A DNA stretch of 63,991 nt, the filler included, from Stramenopiles sp. TOSAG23-3 (Eukaryota), in the NCBI GenBank assembly GCA_900128585.1. It is 5 parts of 5 records of this genome, joined end to end, with 100 filler letters (N's around TTAATTAATTAA, not from the genome) between each part and the next. Parts side by side here need not be neighbours in the genome. Positions count along the whole stretch, not along the records: positions 39,219 to 52,144 come from LT642655.1; positions 52,245 to 63,991 come from LT642729.1; 3 more parts are not named here. One strand, 5' to 3'. A program made the position numbers and the translations under genes. The notes beneath the pieces are model-generated. The model was not told the origin of the DNA. It did not search any database and was given only the letters and a program-made list of their open reading frames with translations. The number at the start of each line of letters is the position of its first letter. Positions within the stretch are counted from its first letter, which is position 1. Positions 52,066-63,299 of the stretch are shown here, one piece after another.

Positions 52066-52144
52066 AATTTAAATTATATTAATAAAGTTTCCGTCTCCGT
52101 CCTCTCTCCCCTTTTTCTTCTTGGTTCTTTTTGGGTGGTGGATG
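52066..52144 (+). repeat. 79-nt exact direct repeat at the scaffold end
   Basis: Identical to 39219-39297. Confidence 0.95.
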
Positions 52145-52244
52145 NNNNNNNNNNNNNNNNNNNNNNNNNNNNNNNNNNNNNNNNNNNNTTAATTAATTAA
52201 NNNNNNNNNNNNNNNNNNNNNNNNNNNNNNNNNNNNNNNNNNNN
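52145..52244. other. Artificial contig linker
   Basis: N44-TTAATTAATTAA-N44. Confidence 0.97.
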
Positions 52245-52995
52245 CCCTTCCACCCTTGACCTTCTGGTCTCATGTCTGACTTCCAAACCGCAAACACGAC
52301 CACCTGAAATTTAACTCCTGCTAACAAAAGCTGCGAAGGTAGTAACAGTAAATTGTTGAAACTCTCTCTTATTTACGATGACGACTGACGACCCCTTCTT
52401 CTTCTTCTTCTTCTTCTTCGGCGGGATGGGAGATGGGATGGACGCCTGTGATGATGATGATTGATGGCAAGGGGCCAGGGGCCAGGGGGCCTATTTCAAA
52501 AATGGTTTGTCACACGCTGTACCCCTACCGTTATTATTATACCGCAGCATGGGTATACCATCCAGGTAAATCGAACTAATAATGTAATAAAGACCACCTC
52601 CTTATATTAATACCAAGGTATAGTAGTCCGTTCTTCTAATTTTATTTCTTCTTCTTGTTCTTCTTCTTGTTCTTCTTCTTGTTTTCTTCTTTTTCTTCTC
52701 TTCTTCTTCTTCCTCTCCTCCTCCTTTCTTCTTCTTCTCTTCTTCTTTTTTTCTCATCACAACAACAATCATCACCACATCATCAAGAAGAAGAAAGGAA
52801 TTCGAAATTGTCCATTTTTTATATGTACCAGTATATGCTTGCAACGATACTCTATAATATATAATTGTTGAAATGATAATATAAAAAACAACCACTGTAT
52901 GTTAAAATAAACCAGAATAAACATTTCAACAAAACCATTAAAGAGGAACTTTAACCTGTTCATCGTCATCAACAGTTAATCAAGTGAACGCCATC

Positions 52996-53907
52996 ATGCC
53001 AAGCCCCATGTACAACAAGAAAAGGACATCAACCACGTCAACGGCAGACTTGCCATTTGAATCATTTCGCTACAGACGCATTACAGGTACCAAATCTGCT
53101 AGCGGTCGAATTAAATACCCAGGCAGTGTAAACGGCTCGAAACGATTAAAAGTTAAACACGACATGGACCAAGGCTTGAAACCCTCTAACATGTCTCATT
53201 CTGGAACGTTTTTTAGTCCGCACCTCCAACCAAGGATCATGCAGCAGAACGGCACACCAAAAACGTTGTTCCGCGCCATGTCAAAACCCCGGCAAGGCCA
53301 GATGTTGCCAAGAAGTCTCAATCAAACCGGTACGACTAATTCAATAGCGGTGCCGCCTAACAGTTATAATCAGAAACGAAAGCCAAAGCAGAGACCAGGT
53401 CGCGGACAAAAGGCAACAGGCCCAAAGAGGAGTTCAAAGGGTCCTGCTTTCCAAGATAGTCACGTAGAACCGGAAGAAGAGCGTCAATCCTTTGACGGCC
53501 CACACTCAATTTCAGGGGAAAACTTTCTCTCTGGGAACGGATTCTTTTTCTCGCCGTGTAAAACAAGTGTGTTATCAAGAGTTCAAACCATGATGTGGGA
53601 AGAAAATAGAATATCGCATTCATCTGCACAAATGAGAATGGCGAAGAGCCCCCACGCTCCTACGCCCTCGCCGCCTTACAGTGCCAAACAAGAGGAAGGA
53701 ATAGTTGATTTTTCTATCTACTCAAACAGCGTTGCCGGGCTACCGCACAGCAGTTCAGCACCGGGTTTTGCCCCCCATCACAACTGCATCCCTCGGCGCG
53801 ATCAATATAATCGCGATTATTTGGGTGCACCAATGCCGAGCGCCGATAGTTCGAGTGAGGACGATATGGAATCAACAATGCTGGACTTGTTTGGAGACGA
53901 AGACTGA
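52996..53907 (+). CDS. Disordered Ser/Pro-rich hypothetical protein
   Basis: ~300-aa ORF with coding-like GC between AT-rich flanks. Confidence 0.6.
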   Translation: MPSPMYNKKRTSTTSTADLPFESFRYRRITGTKSASGRIKYPGSVNGSKRLKVKHDMDQGLKPSNMSHSGTFFSPHLQPRIMQQNGTPKTLFRAMSKPRQGQMLPRSLNQTGTTNSIAVPPNSYNQKRKPKQRPGRGQKATGPKRSSKGPAFQDSHVEPEEERQSFDGPHSISGENFLSGNGFFFSPCKTSVLSRVQTMMWEENRISHSSAQMRMAKSPHAPTPSPPYSAKQEEGIVDFSIYSNSVAGLPHSSSAPGFAPHHNCIPRRDQYNRDYLGAPMPSADSSSEDDMESTMLDLFGDED

Positions 53908-54166
53908 GGATGCGAAAGTTTTACATCTTAGAAAAAGGGCGGGCAGCCATTCTTGGGCAGCGTGAAGCGTTTATCTCACTGCAAAAAATGCTTCTCGTAA
54001 AATAGAGTGTTTTGGCAGGGGAACAAAATTCAGTCTTTTTTTTTATTTATAATTTATGAAGCGGTCTTCCAAAAGTAAGAGAGTAAATGAATTCGCAGTA
54101 CACCTTAAAATAATAGGCACAACTGACAAAGTTTTACCAACTACGATCCTTTGCCGGCGCACTGGG

Positions 54167-56677
54167 CTAGTCTCGCCTTACACTCAAAGAAAATTCTTCG
54201 TAAAAATCTAACATTTCTGAGTTTGTCTGGGGCAATACTCTTTCCAGTGCGGTGACAAAGTGTTTCATTTCCACTAATTCTGCGGACATGTTTTCTTCCA
54301 AAGCAACAAACGCCGCCTCACGACAAACAGCGGCCAGCTCCGCACCAGTGTACCCCTCGGTCTTTTCCGCAAGGGATTCCAAACCGACCGATTCCTTATT
54401 GTAGGGTATTTTGCGCAAGTGAATGTCCAGAATTGCTGCCCGGGCCTCCTTTTCAGGGAGATTCACGTGCACAAGATAGTCAATCCGCCCCGGTCGGAGT
54501 AATGCGGCATCCAGCATATCTGGACGATTTGTGGCAGCTAGCACAATAACTTGGTTCAGGGGCTCAACTCCATCCAGCTCGACCAAAATCTGACTTAATA
54601 CCCTATCAATGACCTTGCTGCCTGCATCCCCTCCACCACCACGTTTTGTAGCCAGTGCATCGATCTCGTCAAAAAAAACAACTGTCGGTGCCGCCGCCCT
54701 TGCTTTTTTGAACAAGTCTCGTACGGCTTTCTCGGAGTCTCCAACCCACTGGCTCAAAAGTTCGGGCCCTTTCACCGCAATAAAGTTCATGGAACTTTCC
54801 GTCGCGACGGCCTTGGCCATCAAAGTCTTGCTGCAACCGGGTGGACCGTACAGAAGAATCCCCTTGGACGGGCGAATTCCAAGATCTGCAAACAACTCCG
54901 GGTGCTTCAGCGGCCACTCAACCGCTTCCTGCAACCGTTGCTTTGCTTTCGTCTGCCCACCAATATCGGTCCACCTAACGGCTGGGACATCGATGGCTAA
55001 TTCGCGGAGGGCGCTCGGTTTTACCGTCTCTAAGGCGCCTGCGAAATCTTCGGGTTGGAGTAAAAACGCCCCGGTGCTCTGGTCGTTGCCTCCCGAAGCA
55101 CTGGGAACGTTCTCGCTTAAGCGCAGCAAGGCGTTCAGTGACGCTTCCTGAACGAGAGCTTTCAAATCGGCGCCTACAAACCCATGGGTTATCGAAGCAA
55201 AGCGTTGAACATCACTGTCCGAAAAATTGTGAGGCACAGCACGAAGAAGGCAGTTCAGAATTTCTTTGCGACCTGTCTTGTTGGGAATCCCTATTTCTAG
55301 CTCTCGGTCAAATCTACCCGGGCGTCGTAGCGCTTGATCAATGGCGTCGGGGCGGTTGGTGGCTGCAATCACAACAACTCTCTCGTTGTCGCACGTGGAT
55401 GCACCGTCCATGAGAGTCAACAGCGTCGAAACCATCCGTTTGTCCACCTCTTCAACGTTCCGCCCCCCGGCCCCATCTTCCCCTTTCCCATCTCGTCGCG
55501 GGCACAACGCATCTATTTCGTCGATAAAAATTATAGCCGGCTGCTCTTCAACGGCTCTGTCAAACACATCCCGTAGTGCACCCTCCGACTCCCCCACGTA
55601 TGTGCTGAGCAATTCAGGCCCGTTGATCGCAAAAAACGATGCATCCGCATCTTGAGAGACGGCTTGCGCCAGCAATGTTTTCCCCGTTCCCGGAGGGCCA
55701 TACAACAGAACCCCTTTCGGAGGACGGACGCCTATGTTTGAAAATACCTCGGGCTGATGCAGAGGCATGTAAACCATCTGCCGTACGTTTTCTACCTGGT
55801 CCTTCAGCCCCCCAATGTGCTCAAATTTTCCACGGTTCCTGTCGTTCGCGTGGGCTGCGGGGTGTTTTGAGCCATCTTCTTCTTGTTGTATAATAAGGCG
55901 AGTCCAGGGCTTGACCAAAAATACACCGGTGTCAGAATCGCTATCGCTCCCTGGGTGGTCTTGCGGGGAGGAAACTTGGCCCCGAGCGTCGCTAACTGTG
56001 CAGCGGTAGGAAGTTCCAAACATGGACACTGAAAAAGGAGTCCCTTTCGTCACTAACCGACCGCCTATAAGCTGGCACATGTACTGTGAAAACCCTTTTG
56101 GTAAGGCGGGAATGGCCTTTGCAGTTTTATACGGATTATACATCGTTACTGTTAGTCGCTTTGCAGGAACCACGCCGGTCAGGTCCATACCGGCAGACCT
56201 GACGAAAAAGAACACCGGTTCGTCGTTTGAACGACTCTTCGTCCCAGAGTTCTTTATCCCCATCGTGCGCCGTAACAGGAGACTAAAATTAATAGTCCCG
56301 TCCACGGCTTTGGGGTGCATCCAAGCAACGGCGATGAAGGAAACGCCTTCGGGCTTTACAGCGTCACTTTCATTTATGTTCAACTGTTCAAGTGCGTCAG
56401 CGACCGACGCCGTCGTGTCTATCTGGCCCTCGGGGGCGCTGTCTTTCTCTTTGGTCCGCACCAAGACCAACGAGCCGCACTGAAGACCATTTGCCTCCAT
56501 CTCCTTCCGCGACAAATATACAATGCACTGGTTTTGGCTTGCAAACATATCGCCGTCGTCGGACATTTGAGGACCAAACCCTTTTGTAATAAAACTCCCT
56601 AAACGCACGTTGAATTCTACACTCTCACCAAGACCACCCCCTGGGGCACCCTCTTGTTCAGCCGAAGGACCCTCCAT
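54167..56677 (-). CDS. SPATA5: Double-ring AAA ATPase SPATA5/AFG2 (Drg1)
   Basis: GPPGTGKT and GPPGCSKT Walker A pair; THGFVGADL; LRRPGRFDRE and LLRPGRID. Confidence 0.9.
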   Translation of the reverse strand: MEGPSAEQEGAPGGGLGESVEFNVRLGSFITKGFGPQMSDDGDMFASQNQCIVYLSRKEMEANGLQCGSLVLVRTKEKDSAPEGQIDTTASVADALEQLNINESDAVKPEGVSFIAVAWMHPKAVDGTINFSLLLRRTMGIKNSGTKSRSNDEPVFFFVRSAGMDLTGVVPAKRLTVTMYNPYKTAKAIPALPKGFSQYMCQLIGGRLVTKGTPFSVSMFGTSYRCTVSDARGQVSSPQDHPGSDSDSDTGVFLVKPWTRLIIQQEEDGSKHPAAHANDRNRGKFEHIGGLKDQVENVRQMVYMPLHQPEVFSNIGVRPPKGVLLYGPPGTGKTLLAQAVSQDADASFFAINGPELLSTYVGESEGALRDVFDRAVEEQPAIIFIDEIDALCPRRDGKGEDGAGGRNVEEVDKRMVSTLLTLMDGASTCDNERVVVIAATNRPDAIDQALRRPGRFDRELEIGIPNKTGRKEILNCLLRAVPHNFSDSDVQRFASITHGFVGADLKALVQEASLNALLRLSENVPSASGGNDQSTGAFLLQPEDFAGALETVKPSALRELAIDVPAVRWTDIGGQTKAKQRLQEAVEWPLKHPELFADLGIRPSKGILLYGPPGCSKTLMAKAVATESSMNFIAVKGPELLSQWVGDSEKAVRDLFKKARAAAPTVVFFDEIDALATKRGGGGDAGSKVIDRVLSQILVELDGVEPLNQVIVLAATNRPDMLDAALLRPGRIDYLVHVNLPEKEARAAILDIHLRKIPYNKESVGLESLAEKTEGYTGAELAAVCREAAFVALEENMSAELVEMKHFVTALERVLPQTNSEMLDFYEEFSLSVRRD

Positions 56678-56884
56678 CACCAACCTTCTATCTACAGAAC
56701 TCTAAACCGGTCGCTATAACAAAGCCCGCGTAACAAAAAACTAGAGTGAACTCCATGCATGCTGACAACCCCCTTTTTCGTTCTACTCTTGTTCTTACGT
56801 ACTGTTCAAATACTGTAATATATAATTCAAAAGAATTATTCCTAATTAATTTATTTTTTTTATAATAGTCGTTTTTTTGTTTTC

Positions 56885-57270
56885 GTCGTTCTTCTCTTCT
56901 TCTTTCTTCTTCTTTATTAATAATTCTTCTTCTTTCTTCTTCTTCTCTCTCTTCTTCCTTCTTCTTCTTCTTCTTCTTCTTCTTTTTTCTTTTTTTAGTA
57001 ATAATAATTCTTCTTTTCTTCTTTTTCTTCTTCTTCTTCTTCTTCTTCCTTCTTCTTCTTCTTCTTCTTCTTCTTCTTCTTCTTCTTCTTCTTTTTTCTT
57101 TTTTTAGTAATAATAATTCTTCTTTTCTTCTTTTTTTTCTTCTTTCTTCTTCTTTCTTCTTTCTTCTTCTATTAATATTGTGTATTATAATAATACTTTC
57201 TTCTTCTCTTCTTTCTTCTTTTCTTTTTATTTTTTTCATTCACCGTTCCTTCTTTTCTTCTTCTTCTTCG
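56885..57270. repeat. (CTT)n microsatellite / pyrimidine-rich tract between divergent genes
   Basis: Direct reading. Confidence 0.9.
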
Positions 57271-57483
57271 GTATTTTTCGACGCCTCGAATTAAAATAAT
57301 AATTATAAATTTTTGTTTTTGTTGTTACATAATAAATAAGTTCCATGAACCAAAACGACATTCTTCTTTTTGGATAATATCGATGTTGCATTGTTTTGCT
57401 CGTCTTGTCACTTTCCGCTTGTTTGCTATAGAAGGGGTGCAAGATAGTATTATTGTAATCAGGCGGTCGTAGAAAAGTGGTCC

Positions 57484-59475
57484 ATGCTTCTCCCCGCAGG
57501 TGGTATGCGGGGCCCCCGAACGGAGGCGCTTATGCGAAGGCGTCGATATGTTACCCTGTTTACATTTCTACTCTTTTTGGTTTTGGTTGCGGAAGACCAG
57601 CCTGGGAAAACGCGTGCGGACAGAAAGGGGGGTAAGAAGCGTGTCTCCGTAAAAGTTGCCAAAGCAAGTGACGATGATGGGGAGGATACGCCCCCCGGCT
57701 CTAAAGTCTCGCAGGAGAAGAACACCACCGTGCGCAGCCCGTCAATATTTGGTAGAAATGAAGCAACCCCGGGATTGGGAAGGGATGATGGCATTGTTAT
57801 CAATTCTATTGGAGACAATGGGGCGCTGCAGTACTTGCGGATGGCCCACCGGGAAATGGAAGGGGAGAGCATGTTCCCGAAGAATCTAACCGCGCAATTT
57901 TTCGGAGCCTGGAAACGAACTGAGAGGTCTGCCAAGGGGGCGGGCGACGACAACATTACCGTGTTCACTCAACTTCGAGAGCACTCCGTCGTCAAAAACA
58001 GCAAGTTGAAATTAACGAAAACGTTCGGAAATTTTTCTTTGTACCTCAAAGCGAGTCCCTCCCCATCCCCTTTTCTCTCCAAACTGGAAGGTTCTATACG
58101 TATTTTCAACGGTGAAAGTCGGACTGAGAATGACATCCGGTCTTCGGTGAATGGGCTGTACCTTCGAAAATCAGGACGCGTCACCATTTTTGCCAACGCG
58201 ATCAAGCCAAAAATTGGGGTACACATGGGGACAAAATATCGGTTCAAGAACTACAAAAATAAGACGAACCACACGAGGGAGAAGGGGGTTGACGAACAAG
58301 ATCGCAAGAGGCCCTACCTCAGGGTCCCGACTGGGGACAACAAGTGCTTCATGCGGTTTGACTTCGATTTAAAGAAAAGCGGGGACCCGTCCCTGAAATT
58401 CGTAAAACGGTACGGCGGTTCGAACGCCGTTGAGCCCGTGCGTATCGACGGGTTCGCCCGTGCTCCTTTCAATTGTCACCACTTAAGGTTGGAGCTTTCT
58501 GCAACTGCGATGACCATTGATTTTGAAAAGGTTTACTCTGCAGGCACTGTGTACGGCATGTTTGTCTGTGCCTTGGTGGTTTGGCAATTCGCAGCGCTTA
58601 TTAAGCAAGTGCAATTTATCTCGACCCAAGCCGCGGCAGGCCGATTTTCCATGCTCACCGTGGCGATGCAAGGGATTCTAGACGCAGTCTTGTGTCTGGG
58701 TCACTTTTCTGTAGGGTTCAGTGCAGAGCCACTGTTCAACACCTTTGGCACAATTGGGTTTTTGAAGCTGATAAGCTTTTCTATTTTTGAATTGCGGATC
58801 GTTCTGATGATATGGAAGTCACGACGGCCGGACCTTTTTTCCCAGGGGTGGGTCATTGTCCGCCAGGAAGTGAGCAAAGTCTACTCCCATTTTTATTGCA
58901 CCTTGTTGATCGGGCTGACTCTGCTTTATCATTTGTGGGACTCAATTGCTGTGCTGGTATTTCTTGCTTACTCGTTTTGGGTGCCACAAATTGTGGAAAA
59001 CGCTTATTTCGATGTCAAGAAAGCCATGTGTGTCGAATATTTCCGCTGCATGACATACTCCCGGCTGTTCATACCGTGCTATTTTTGGTTCTACGAAAAC
59101 AACATTGCAGGCGTATTTTTTCGCACAAGCGCCCGCCCAATCCTTGGGACATGCTTGGTGCTGTGGGTGTTGCTCCAAGCAGCGCTTCTGCGCGCCCAAG
59201 AAAGGTTTGGCCCGAGGTGTTTTGTGCCAAAGCGGTTTCTTCCGGAAAAGTACGACTATCGGAGAAAAGTCGTTTGTAAGCAGTCCCTTGCGGACGCCGA
59301 AAATGGCGAAAGTGAAGAAATTAATTGTTCAATCTGTTTGAACCCAGTGGAAGCAGGAAGCAATGAGTACATGGTGACGCCGTGTGACCATTTCTTTCAC
59401 GATTCGTGCCTGGAACGTTGGATGGATGTGAAACAAGAGTGCCCGGTTTGCCGCACTGTTCTCCCAACAGTTTAG
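57484..59475 (+). CDS. TUL1: Transmembrane RING-H2 E3 ligase, Tul1/Dsc1/FLY family
   Basis: Signal/TM segment, luminal domain, ~7 TM segments, YSFWVPQI, FGPRCFVPK, CSIC...MVTPCDHFFHDSCLERWMDVKQECPVCR. Confidence 0.88.
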   Translation: MLLPAGGMRGPRTEALMRRRRYVTLFTFLLFLVLVAEDQPGKTRADRKGGKKRVSVKVAKASDDDGEDTPPGSKVSQEKNTTVRSPSIFGRNEATPGLGRDDGIVINSIGDNGALQYLRMAHREMEGESMFPKNLTAQFFGAWKRTERSAKGAGDDNITVFTQLREHSVVKNSKLKLTKTFGNFSLYLKASPSPSPFLSKLEGSIRIFNGESRTENDIRSSVNGLYLRKSGRVTIFANAIKPKIGVHMGTKYRFKNYKNKTNHTREKGVDEQDRKRPYLRVPTGDNKCFMRFDFDLKKSGDPSLKFVKRYGGSNAVEPVRIDGFARAPFNCHHLRLELSATAMTIDFEKVYSAGTVYGMFVCALVVWQFAALIKQVQFISTQAAAGRFSMLTVAMQGILDAVLCLGHFSVGFSAEPLFNTFGTIGFLKLISFSIFELRIVLMIWKSRRPDLFSQGWVIVRQEVSKVYSHFYCTLLIGLTLLYHLWDSIAVLVFLAYSFWVPQIVENAYFDVKKAMCVEYFRCMTYSRLFIPCYFWFYENNIAGVFFRTSARPILGTCLVLWVLLQAALLRAQERFGPRCFVPKRFLPEKYDYRRKVVCKQSLADAENGESEEINCSICLNPVEAGSNEYMVTPCDHFFHDSCLERWMDVKQECPVCRTVLPTV

Positions 59476-59838
59476 CGCAGAGGAGGACAGAATCGTAAGA
59501 AAAACAAAATATAACGTAGGCCTGTTATTTCGTATCATGCATGGAGTACACATGAGAATGATAGTCAGGACTAAGTGACAAGGGTATATCGATTTACTAA
59601 AATCGCAAACAGTAGAGCTCAGTTCGCAGTACATTAATTTTAATTCCTTACCTACTAATGGACAAAAGGAGCAGATTCATTTTCGCAGAGTACATGAGAA
59701 AGCTAAATTTTAATTACACTTAAATTAACACAGCCAATTTTTTGTTTTTAATAACATAACTCAGCCAATTTTTGTTTTTTAATCATATCATATCATATGA
59801 TATTTAATTTTAAGCCGCACCTGCGCAAAGAGTGTTTT

Positions 59839-61305
59839 TCATAATCTGTACATGTCTTCTGGGATCGTCCAAGTGGCATTCAACAAACCCCCAATCGGAA
59901 TCCACTGCGGGTACTCGTTTCGGTAGTGCGGAGGCTGCGCAACCTTTATGGAACGGATCTGCAAGATCTCGACGCGTTTGACTACGCGGCGTAAATTATT
60001 AACACCTCCCCCGAAATAAAACTTGTCGTAAAACGCTGCGCCAGCCGTTTCTTCTACAGACGTTGCCAGCGCGTCGTGCCAGGTGGTGGTGCCGTTGTAT
60101 AAGTCTAAACGTTGGGCGCGCATCGCTTGGCCTTCTTTTTGCCACATGGTCCCGCCGTCTATTGTGCCCCCGTTCGCAAGCCCTCCCCCAAAAACGAACA
60201 CGCCTTTCAACGCCAAAGCGATCGGCTGGCTGCGAGGTAGCGAGAGCTTCCATGCCCCCCATTTCGCCAGCAGCGTAAAGTAACAATCTAGCTGGTCGCT
60301 TTTCCCATCTTTGCTCATGCCGCCGACAAAGCAAATTTTGTGGTCGTGAAATGTCGCTGCCAAATCTGCACGGGCAACTTTCAGCTCCTGCCTGGACCAC
60401 ATGATATTTGTCTTCCCCGACCTCCACGAATCTACGTTCAACACGTCTACTTGCGAAAGGTACACCGGGTACTCGTACACGGTAAAGTGGCCACGGTGGT
60501 GACCACCGCCAAACATGCACATGCCATCCCCGCACGCGGCTGCATGGTGCGACCGGGACTTTGGGAGCACAAACCTTGATTTCATTGAATGCGTGGCGGG
60601 ATCGTAAACATCAATAGTGTCGGAATAGTACGGTTGAGATATCAAATACCGGGAGACTCCACCCGAAATAAATATCTCTTTCTTATGGTTGTCGCACACT
60701 GCCACGTTCGCCCTGGCTTCAAAGAGCGTCATGGTCGGGGTTAAAAATGCTTGCGTTTTGTAGTCAAACACATCAAGCACGTCCGAATACACGAGTTCCC
60801 TGTTGTGGTTTTCATAGAAACCCCCGGCAAAGACAATCCGTCCCTGAGACTCTGCGGTTTTGATGTCCTGCCGTGCAACGGATAGTTTGTCCGTTCTCCA
60901 CTTCATCGAAGACGAATTCAAAATGTCCACAACGTCGGTCTGGTTTACCTTTCCCAGACTTTCTTGCAAGGCACCACCTGCAAAAAGGACAGTATCGTTG
61001 TATGCGTTGGCAACCAGCGAAGACCGTGCAATAGACAGCTCCGTGTGGTTTCGGCGAAAATATATGGAAGGCAAGTCCCCCACGCTGTCGCCCACAAGGT
61101 TATAATCGTTTCCATTCGGCACGTCTTTCTTGTACTGGTTCAACCCATCCGTCGTGGCATTGTTATGGGGGTAGACGCGCTTGTTCAAACGGCGCTCGTC
61201 CGACTTCAATACTGGCCCTTTCTGCAAAATATAATTGACCCCAGAGTACACTCGGTGAGTGCAGAAACAGAGTAAAACAAAGCCTCTAAGCGCATAGAAG
61301 CCCAT
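59839..61305 (-). CDS. Secreted Kelch-repeat beta-propeller protein
   Basis: Signal peptide; repeated LSxAR...FAGG...VD.(F/Y)D units. Confidence 0.85.
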   Translation of the reverse strand: MGFYALRGFVLLCFCTHRVYSGVNYILQKGPVLKSDERRLNKRVYPHNNATTDGLNQYKKDVPNGNDYNLVGDSVGDLPSIYFRRNHTELSIARSSLVANAYNDTVLFAGGALQESLGKVNQTDVVDILNSSSMKWRTDKLSVARQDIKTAESQGRIVFAGGFYENHNRELVYSDVLDVFDYKTQAFLTPTMTLFEARANVAVCDNHKKEIFISGGVSRYLISQPYYSDTIDVYDPATHSMKSRFVLPKSRSHHAAACGDGMCMFGGGHHRGHFTVYEYPVYLSQVDVLNVDSWRSGKTNIMWSRQELKVARADLAATFHDHKICFVGGMSKDGKSDQLDCYFTLLAKWGAWKLSLPRSQPIALALKGVFVFGGGLANGGTIDGGTMWQKEGQAMRAQRLDLYNGTTTWHDALATSVEETAGAAFYDKFYFGGGVNNLRRVVKRVEILQIRSIKVAQPPHYRNEYPQWIPIGGLLNATWTIPEDMYRL

Positions 61306-62096
61306 CGTTAAATCCCTGCTCTTCCAAACCTTTCAAAATTCAATATCGGGATATGCAGACGGAAGCGACGAAAATAGAAGACAACCGAGTTCAAATGATT
61401 TAACCACGAATCTTAAAAAACAAATCAAAAATATATGATTGATCTTCTTCTTCAATTCATTTGATTCCATTTGATATTTGAGTTCATTTCATTCATTCAT
61501 TGGAATCTTAATGAATGTATTTATTTACAAGGATGTTCCTCATAACCAACTCTCTAACTCTCCCCTACCAAAACATATTATAAAAATTATTTTGTTATAT
61601 CATCATCTGAGAGTTGACCAATCACAACAAAATACGATTGGATTGGGTTGTTATTTTATTAATTTTATATAGAAGTATTTATTAATTAAATACAATGTCA
61701 CTGTAATATATAGTTATAATTTAAATTATTTTTTAGTACTATTAAATTGATTAGTATTAAAAATAATAAGGTTTCAAATGGTGTGGTTTCATTATTTAAA
61801 TTATTCGAATAATGCTAGATAGACCTATGCTAGACTATAATAAATGCCGTTATAAAAAAATTAAAAAAATATAAATAAAAAAATAATAATAATTTTTTTA
61901 TTAAAAAATATTATACTACTACTACTACTAAATAGCAAGCAGGATCCCTCAACAAAAAACAACATATACCAATAATCCAACAGTATTTTAAAAGAAGAAA
62001 TATAAGCTCTATCTATATTTGGTTTAGAGAAGAGTGAGTGTACATGGTGTCGAGGCGTATTTCGTGGCCAGGGACGAATGTGCCCGCGTGACAGGG

Positions 62097-62720
62097 ATGA
62101 ATTCCGCGATTGTACGGACTGCGGGACAGTTGTATGTATCCCAAATTTGTGAATCAGCGAAAACCTATGAAAAAAGTTTAAACAGCCTGCATTTGTTTTT
62201 GGTCTTTCCCGAAGAAATTATGGAAGGATCGTTGGCAAAGAAATCGGTAGAGGTTAATATTGCGTACCCTCTTCCCCGAATAGTACTGACCGCAATCGAT
62301 ATGCCAATAGGGGCTACCCTTCACCAAGCCCGAGAGATTATAAGAGGTCTCAGTGTTCTGTACCACCGTTTGTTATTCTTGGAAGATGAAGACGGCGACT
62401 CCTCCTCACCAGATGACGATAGTTCCGGGGGTTCAAGCGACGAATCCGAGAAAGACTTTGGGGAAGAAGAGCCAAAGTGGTTGAGGCGCAAGCACAAACG
62501 GGAAGCCGTGGACATCTTGAACAACAAGGTTCATGTTTTGGCAGGCATCAATCATGCAGAATCGTTTGTGTTCTTACATCGGGGCGAACGCATTAGCAAC
62601 GAGATAGAACCCGTGACTCAAGCTGTCGTCGTTGCAGTAGATAATGGCTCTGCTGACATGATTGCCCAGGAGCAAACTGATGGATTGTTGCTCATCTTGG
62701 CGGACGATACGGACGAATGA
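62097..62720 (+). CDS. Hypothetical protein with an acidic insert, possibly a split beta-grasp domain
   Basis: Coding-like ORF; ATLHQAREII...FVFLHRGERIS pattern; start uncertain (frame open from 62034). Confidence 0.5.
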   Translation: MNSAIVRTAGQLYVSQICESAKTYEKSLNSLHLFLVFPEEIMEGSLAKKSVEVNIAYPLPRIVLTAIDMPIGATLHQAREIIRGLSVLYHRLLFLEDEDGDSSSPDDDSSGGSSDESEKDFGEEEPKWLRRKHKREAVDILNNKVHVLAGINHAESFVFLHRGERISNEIEPVTQAVVVAVDNGSADMIAQEQTDGLLLILADDTDE

Positions 62721-63299
62721 ATTTAAAATGAAGAATTTTATTAAATAATAACAGCAAAAAAACATGAAAAGAAGTTATTTTTCAAGTGGCGAGGCGTATG
62801 AGCGTATGAGATAACATATGTGTTTGTTCTTGTTGTCTTTTTTTTATTCTTCTTCTATCTTCTATTCGACGAGACTCACTCCGCAGTAGTAAAAAAAAAT
62901 CGGTTGTTTGATGAGCAGACAGACCACACAGCACCACACAGCAACACACCACCACAAGAAATTTTTGTGAAAAAAAAAAAAAAAAAGAGAGAAAAATTCC
63001 GTATTTTTTTTTTCTTCTATTTTTTTCTGTTGTTCTTCTTCTATGTTGTCTCCCCATTATTAATATTTTTTATCGTCAAGTCTTAGTGTAGTACGAAGTA
63101 TTGTTGTAGTATAGTAGTAGTACGAACAACTGCTGGTTCAACAATTTTCTTCTCTTCGTTTATTTCTTCTCAATCGGATTGAATTCTGAATGATCGTATA
63201 ACTTTGATAACTTGAAAAGAATGTAGGCCGTCAGCAAAATTTCAAAAGGCCGATGCTGCCAGACACGACCGGATCATCAATATTATTTGCCCTGCAAGA

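Noticed and set aside
56688-57239. 183-aa Lys/Arg/Glu ORF (similar ORFs at 39288 and 52602)
   Set aside because: Translation of GAA/CTT microsatellites
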